Assembly: GCA_030704615.1 (NCBI GenBank)
Contig: CM060733.1
Location: 72,788,001-72,852,000 of the forward strand
DNA: 64,000 nucleotides
Direction of reading: 5' to 3'
Source: Takakia lepidozioides
Taxonomy: Eukaryota > Plantae > Bryophyta
Shown here: piece after piece, positions 61,601 to 64,000 of the stretch
Position numbering within the stretch: the stretch's first letter is position 1
Layout of the letters: each line of letters opens with the position of its first letter
The notes under the pieces: generated by a model
The model's input: the letters and a program-made list of their open reading frames with translations, nothing else
Database searches by the model: none
Told to the model about the DNA's origin: nothing
Position numbers and translations under genes: made by a program

Positions 61601-63340
61601 TAAAATTTGGAAGTGGAATGATGAAGAGAGAGATGACTCATCAAAGATAGGCCTGCGGTGGATAGCTAGAATGGGAGAAATAGAAGATGATGGGCAGCCA
61701 AGTGATTGGAGGCTTACCAAGATCAATGGAAGATGGAGGAGGTCACAACAAGGAAGTAGGAGCAAAGGGTTGGAAACACCAGAACAGGAGAAGGAAGCTG
61801 GAGCTGAGGACCTGCACGTTGATGAAAAGAGGGAGCAGATGCCCACTGCACTCATGCCAAGAGAGTATCAGGAGGAGACACCTGCAATCACGACAGTGAA
61901 GGCAAAGTCAGCACTGGGAAGACAGCTGAATGCCAAGAAGGCAGATCAGGATGGAAGAAAGAACGATGAGGGAATGGAAAGAGAGTATGCGTGATGAAAT
62001 GGGCGGCATTGACAGACTGATGTCGCCGAATGCTGGTACCAATGTGGTGAGTGCAACAATGGAGCAAGGCATAGCAAAGGTTCGGCGGATCAGGGTGCTA
62101 CTGCGAGACAACGTGGATGTAAAAAGAAAGAAAAAACAGGTGGGAATTCACCAGTCCAAGGCGTATCTACACAACAATGATGCGACGAAACTAAAGAGGC
62201 AGCGAAGAAACTTTACCAACAGACATGCGAACAAAGGAGATCGCGGAAGAAGACAAGGTGGTTTCAAGCGGGCGAAGTAGAAGAAATGGGTACCAGATCA
62301 GGAAAGCAAGTGGCGGAGAGAGTCAAGACTGACAAGGAAACGATTTGGCACCTGGGGAGGAAGTGTCACACCAAACCAAATGGTCATGAAGCTTACATGT
62401 GAACGGCGGGCGCACCTAACACTACATTGCACACACTACAACGAGTCGGTAAAACACACAATCGGAAGATGGAGACAGAGAATAATTGCAATTCATGGAA
62501 AACCAAAAGACAACAGGTGAGTGGAGCCCACTGATGACCAGGCAGCAATGGAAAGGATGATGGAGGAAGAGATCATGCTAATTCATGAGCTTGAAAGCAA
62601 ATTGCGCGACAATGTAAGTTTAGCACAGAAAGCACAACAGAAAGCATACAAGCAACGACACAGATATGGGAAGGGACTTACAGAATTGCAGCCTGGCGAG
62701 CTCGTGATGATGATCCGATCAGGGCAGAAGCGAAAATTGGAATCGACTTGGGAGGGACCATACAAATTTCAAGCCAATGTTGACAAACACCAGGAAGGAA
62801 CAAGGAGTGAGGTAGATCGAGTTTGTGTATTACAGGACGGTGGTGGGAAACAATGGAGCAGATCACGACGTGATTTGAAGTTGCTGCAGGTGGAGTGAGC
62901 GTTGTCCGGAAGGCCAGACAGCTTAAAATCGGAGGACTTACACCTGTAGGTCGAAAGGAGGTGATGAGGGAAACACGGGAGAACCCCAAGGGAATTGGGG
63001 TTTTTGTGCTTAAGGAACGATGGCAGGCGAGTTGGATGAAATCACAATTTATCATTGGAGTTAACAGGGTGAAATTGATAAATTTTCATCAACGGATGGA
63101 CGGTGGAAAAATTGGATAACAAGCAGGGATGAGATCACTAATTGGCATTAGTGGATGGATGACGAGCTAGCAGGATGACATGGCGATGAAAGCACCAACG
63201 AAAAAGTTGATTATTCATAACATGGGGATGATACTGCAGAAATAAGACAAAGGACTCAACGGCGATTTAGTGGGTAGAGTGGCCACAATAATATTAGCTA
63301 GGTGGCACTAAGATAAAGGGTGGATAGAAGGAGGTACACA
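58620..63340 (+). mobile_element. related element in the opposite orientation (right arm; integrase core missing)
   Basis: Integrase C-terminus at 62521-62898 (KRKLESTWEGPYKF) and 3' non-coding region are homologous to the left arm. Confidence 0.75.
58641..61994 (+). CDS. 1117-aa TE-encoded repetitive protein with an N-terminal CCHC knuckle
   Basis: CPSCKMHGHFELEC plus internal repeats (PPxTGAKRK..W.PG, ECVAFY/F, SKxMxLLLNK..TSEG). Blocks are shared with ORFs 56290-58703 (-). Confidence 0.65.
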   Translation: MCPSCKMHGHFELECEIKQEQQGESVTSANSYGVDDEETIIAEFEEWIAQHSTREEKEDDTVQVKAETMRDGEWSHGPLVAIKQRDDSATPPATPTTPAAKKTMSLLLLNKRQAVTSEGVQVKKAEEDHLEGIQNEEQQETQAEVEVVQPPTTGAKRKWVRYNWHPGVEQVRCELPRMNVLEFFFKGSDSKRDGLPPRKAKPRQREDTDAFWRETVRERIESSEGREAVKVGLAYLKSEKEGTLQRKHCGGVDKQEEKPVVTPTKTQSAMGVQLAARGSHENEIGGWKKMMKPSKDQDDIEGATTMKGDGSENNKIGLADLDRWSAKENKGLKQGQCGNYKVHGEIPAIRQNKRASATLEQQYDDKEGNEEAESASKVGTGTRHYGQKRSNVESGGLADGIPTRSEAVDSLCKEERDSESECVAFYRLSEDSEKGSKLHTIDGQQNKGRDELKEDNLFVLSENQDHSGEKNLPPLTQIPIVDDKKTKSETKAFVKTMPVSKPMALLLNKVHGMTSEGTQMRAAAEDGHIKEVHEMQAQHLEKPGLMTTNLFPLRSNKVRLKKAGWYVDCELWEKKLSDLEKKLRKISQGVKQVVDKQERVADVTHPIEGHVEGEHPPATGAKRKRAELEWHQGGNSISRWKERCETEDDETKVQNEEQHQMPAENLAKRPAKLRHKVELPPVLGNKGKRVRFTWQPGIDSISSWKGGTGVTVDKATKDEVYCCLRVWPLWQFKSEQVGMFFRMKADLNPLAWSRLGNIKGTGLTAGFSFEIIRNTMTRDSQAEDRKSERRQKRERKRIMFKLRPRVNTIGRPAEVDHSKGYGLTPNISDQKQRIDVSSLEQMRDEIRTMKRLSDESTKIGRKGSEIVSEDVAFLVMSKGQLSEGNLHPEVAKQQTNPAHSPREIQVVKSAVKSERDQPVVNNEMTTNIKRKGSEHESERVEPECLVFFKQNEDNKEDQDLHAREDQQSENISRCEEDKQPRNEMFDAKIWKWNDEERDDSSKIGLRWIARMGEIEDDGQPSDWRLTKINGRWRRSQQGSRSKGLETPEQEKEAGAEDLHVDEKREQMPTALMPREYQEETPAITTVKAKSALGRQLNAKKADQDGRKNDEGMEREYA

Positions 63341-64000
63341 TCACCTTAAGATATATTTAGCAACAATCAGGCATGTGGCACAGAGGGGAATAATATCTGG
63401 TGGCCACTAAGTCTTCAAGCCTAAGGTTGCAGTCGATTGAGTTGTGGGGTCTAGTTATTAAATGATCACGTGGAGTGACGGCATAGATAAGACCAAGTTT
63501 ATGATCAGGTCAGGGATAAGACGAGTGGTTGTGCATAGTCATCCCTCTTAGATTTTTGGTACTAGTTAACGTTTCTTCTTGTAGTAAAGCATGGAGATTA
63601 TCATCATTCTAGAGTGAGCACTAGAATCAGCTTGGTGTGAAGTAGAATGTATCCATTAACATAGAGATGGTGTTATGATGGTTAGCTCAAGTGTTTTGTG
63701 AGGATTAACTCTCATGCATCGAAACATCTTATTTACATTTATACAAAGAGAGGCTGCAGGCTTAGCTAGCATGCACGATACGGTTATGTACTAAAAATAG
63801 TGAACTGATACCAGTATGTAGTAGAGTAGTTTTTTCATGCACTTCTCTGCAAAGCCAAGTTAGACATATGTGTTAATACTGTAGCAAAGCATGAACACAA
63901 GAGGGTAGGAAGTAAGCATCCCGGCAGGCCTCGTGCGATCGGAATGGTGCAAACATAGATATGAAAGCGAATGAAGTAACAAGCTCAAGGGCATTTGGTC

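Overview
Eukaryotic nuclear DNA from a land plant, probably a non-seed plant (inferred from spliceosomal introns, an NMCP1-type lamina gene and many PLS/DYW PPR remnants). Two host genes look intact: CWC15 (22802-25367, +, 7 exons) and an NMCP/CRWN gene (45895-52982, +, 9 exons). Gene remnants include PLAC8, TIP1/PAT24 ankyrin, PPR-DYW and F-box pieces. The rest is mostly nested transposable elements. (i) A Ty3/Gypsy element (1-7148, -) has an F-box-like extra ORF ahead of gag. (ii) Two decayed copies (7149-13085 and 15857-21995) of an unusual Mutator-like DNA element carry 96-bp tandem arrays of a GGCGCC-centred palindrome and 80-bp palindromes; one copy keeps a ParB/Srx-like exon (DGNHRL) and the other an amino-methyltransferase-like exon. 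(iii) A Ty3/Gypsy remnant (34476-38787, -) has a DNMT3-like cytosine methyltransferase upstream of the RT region and a PHD finger on its integrase. (iv) A 5'-truncated LINE has RNase H plus a restriction-like endonuclease (Dualen/RandI-like). (v) Two RT-less Gypsy-integrase elements lie head to head (54640-63340). A clean hAT MITE with an 8-bp TSD is also present. All calls come from reading motifs by eye; no database searches were run.
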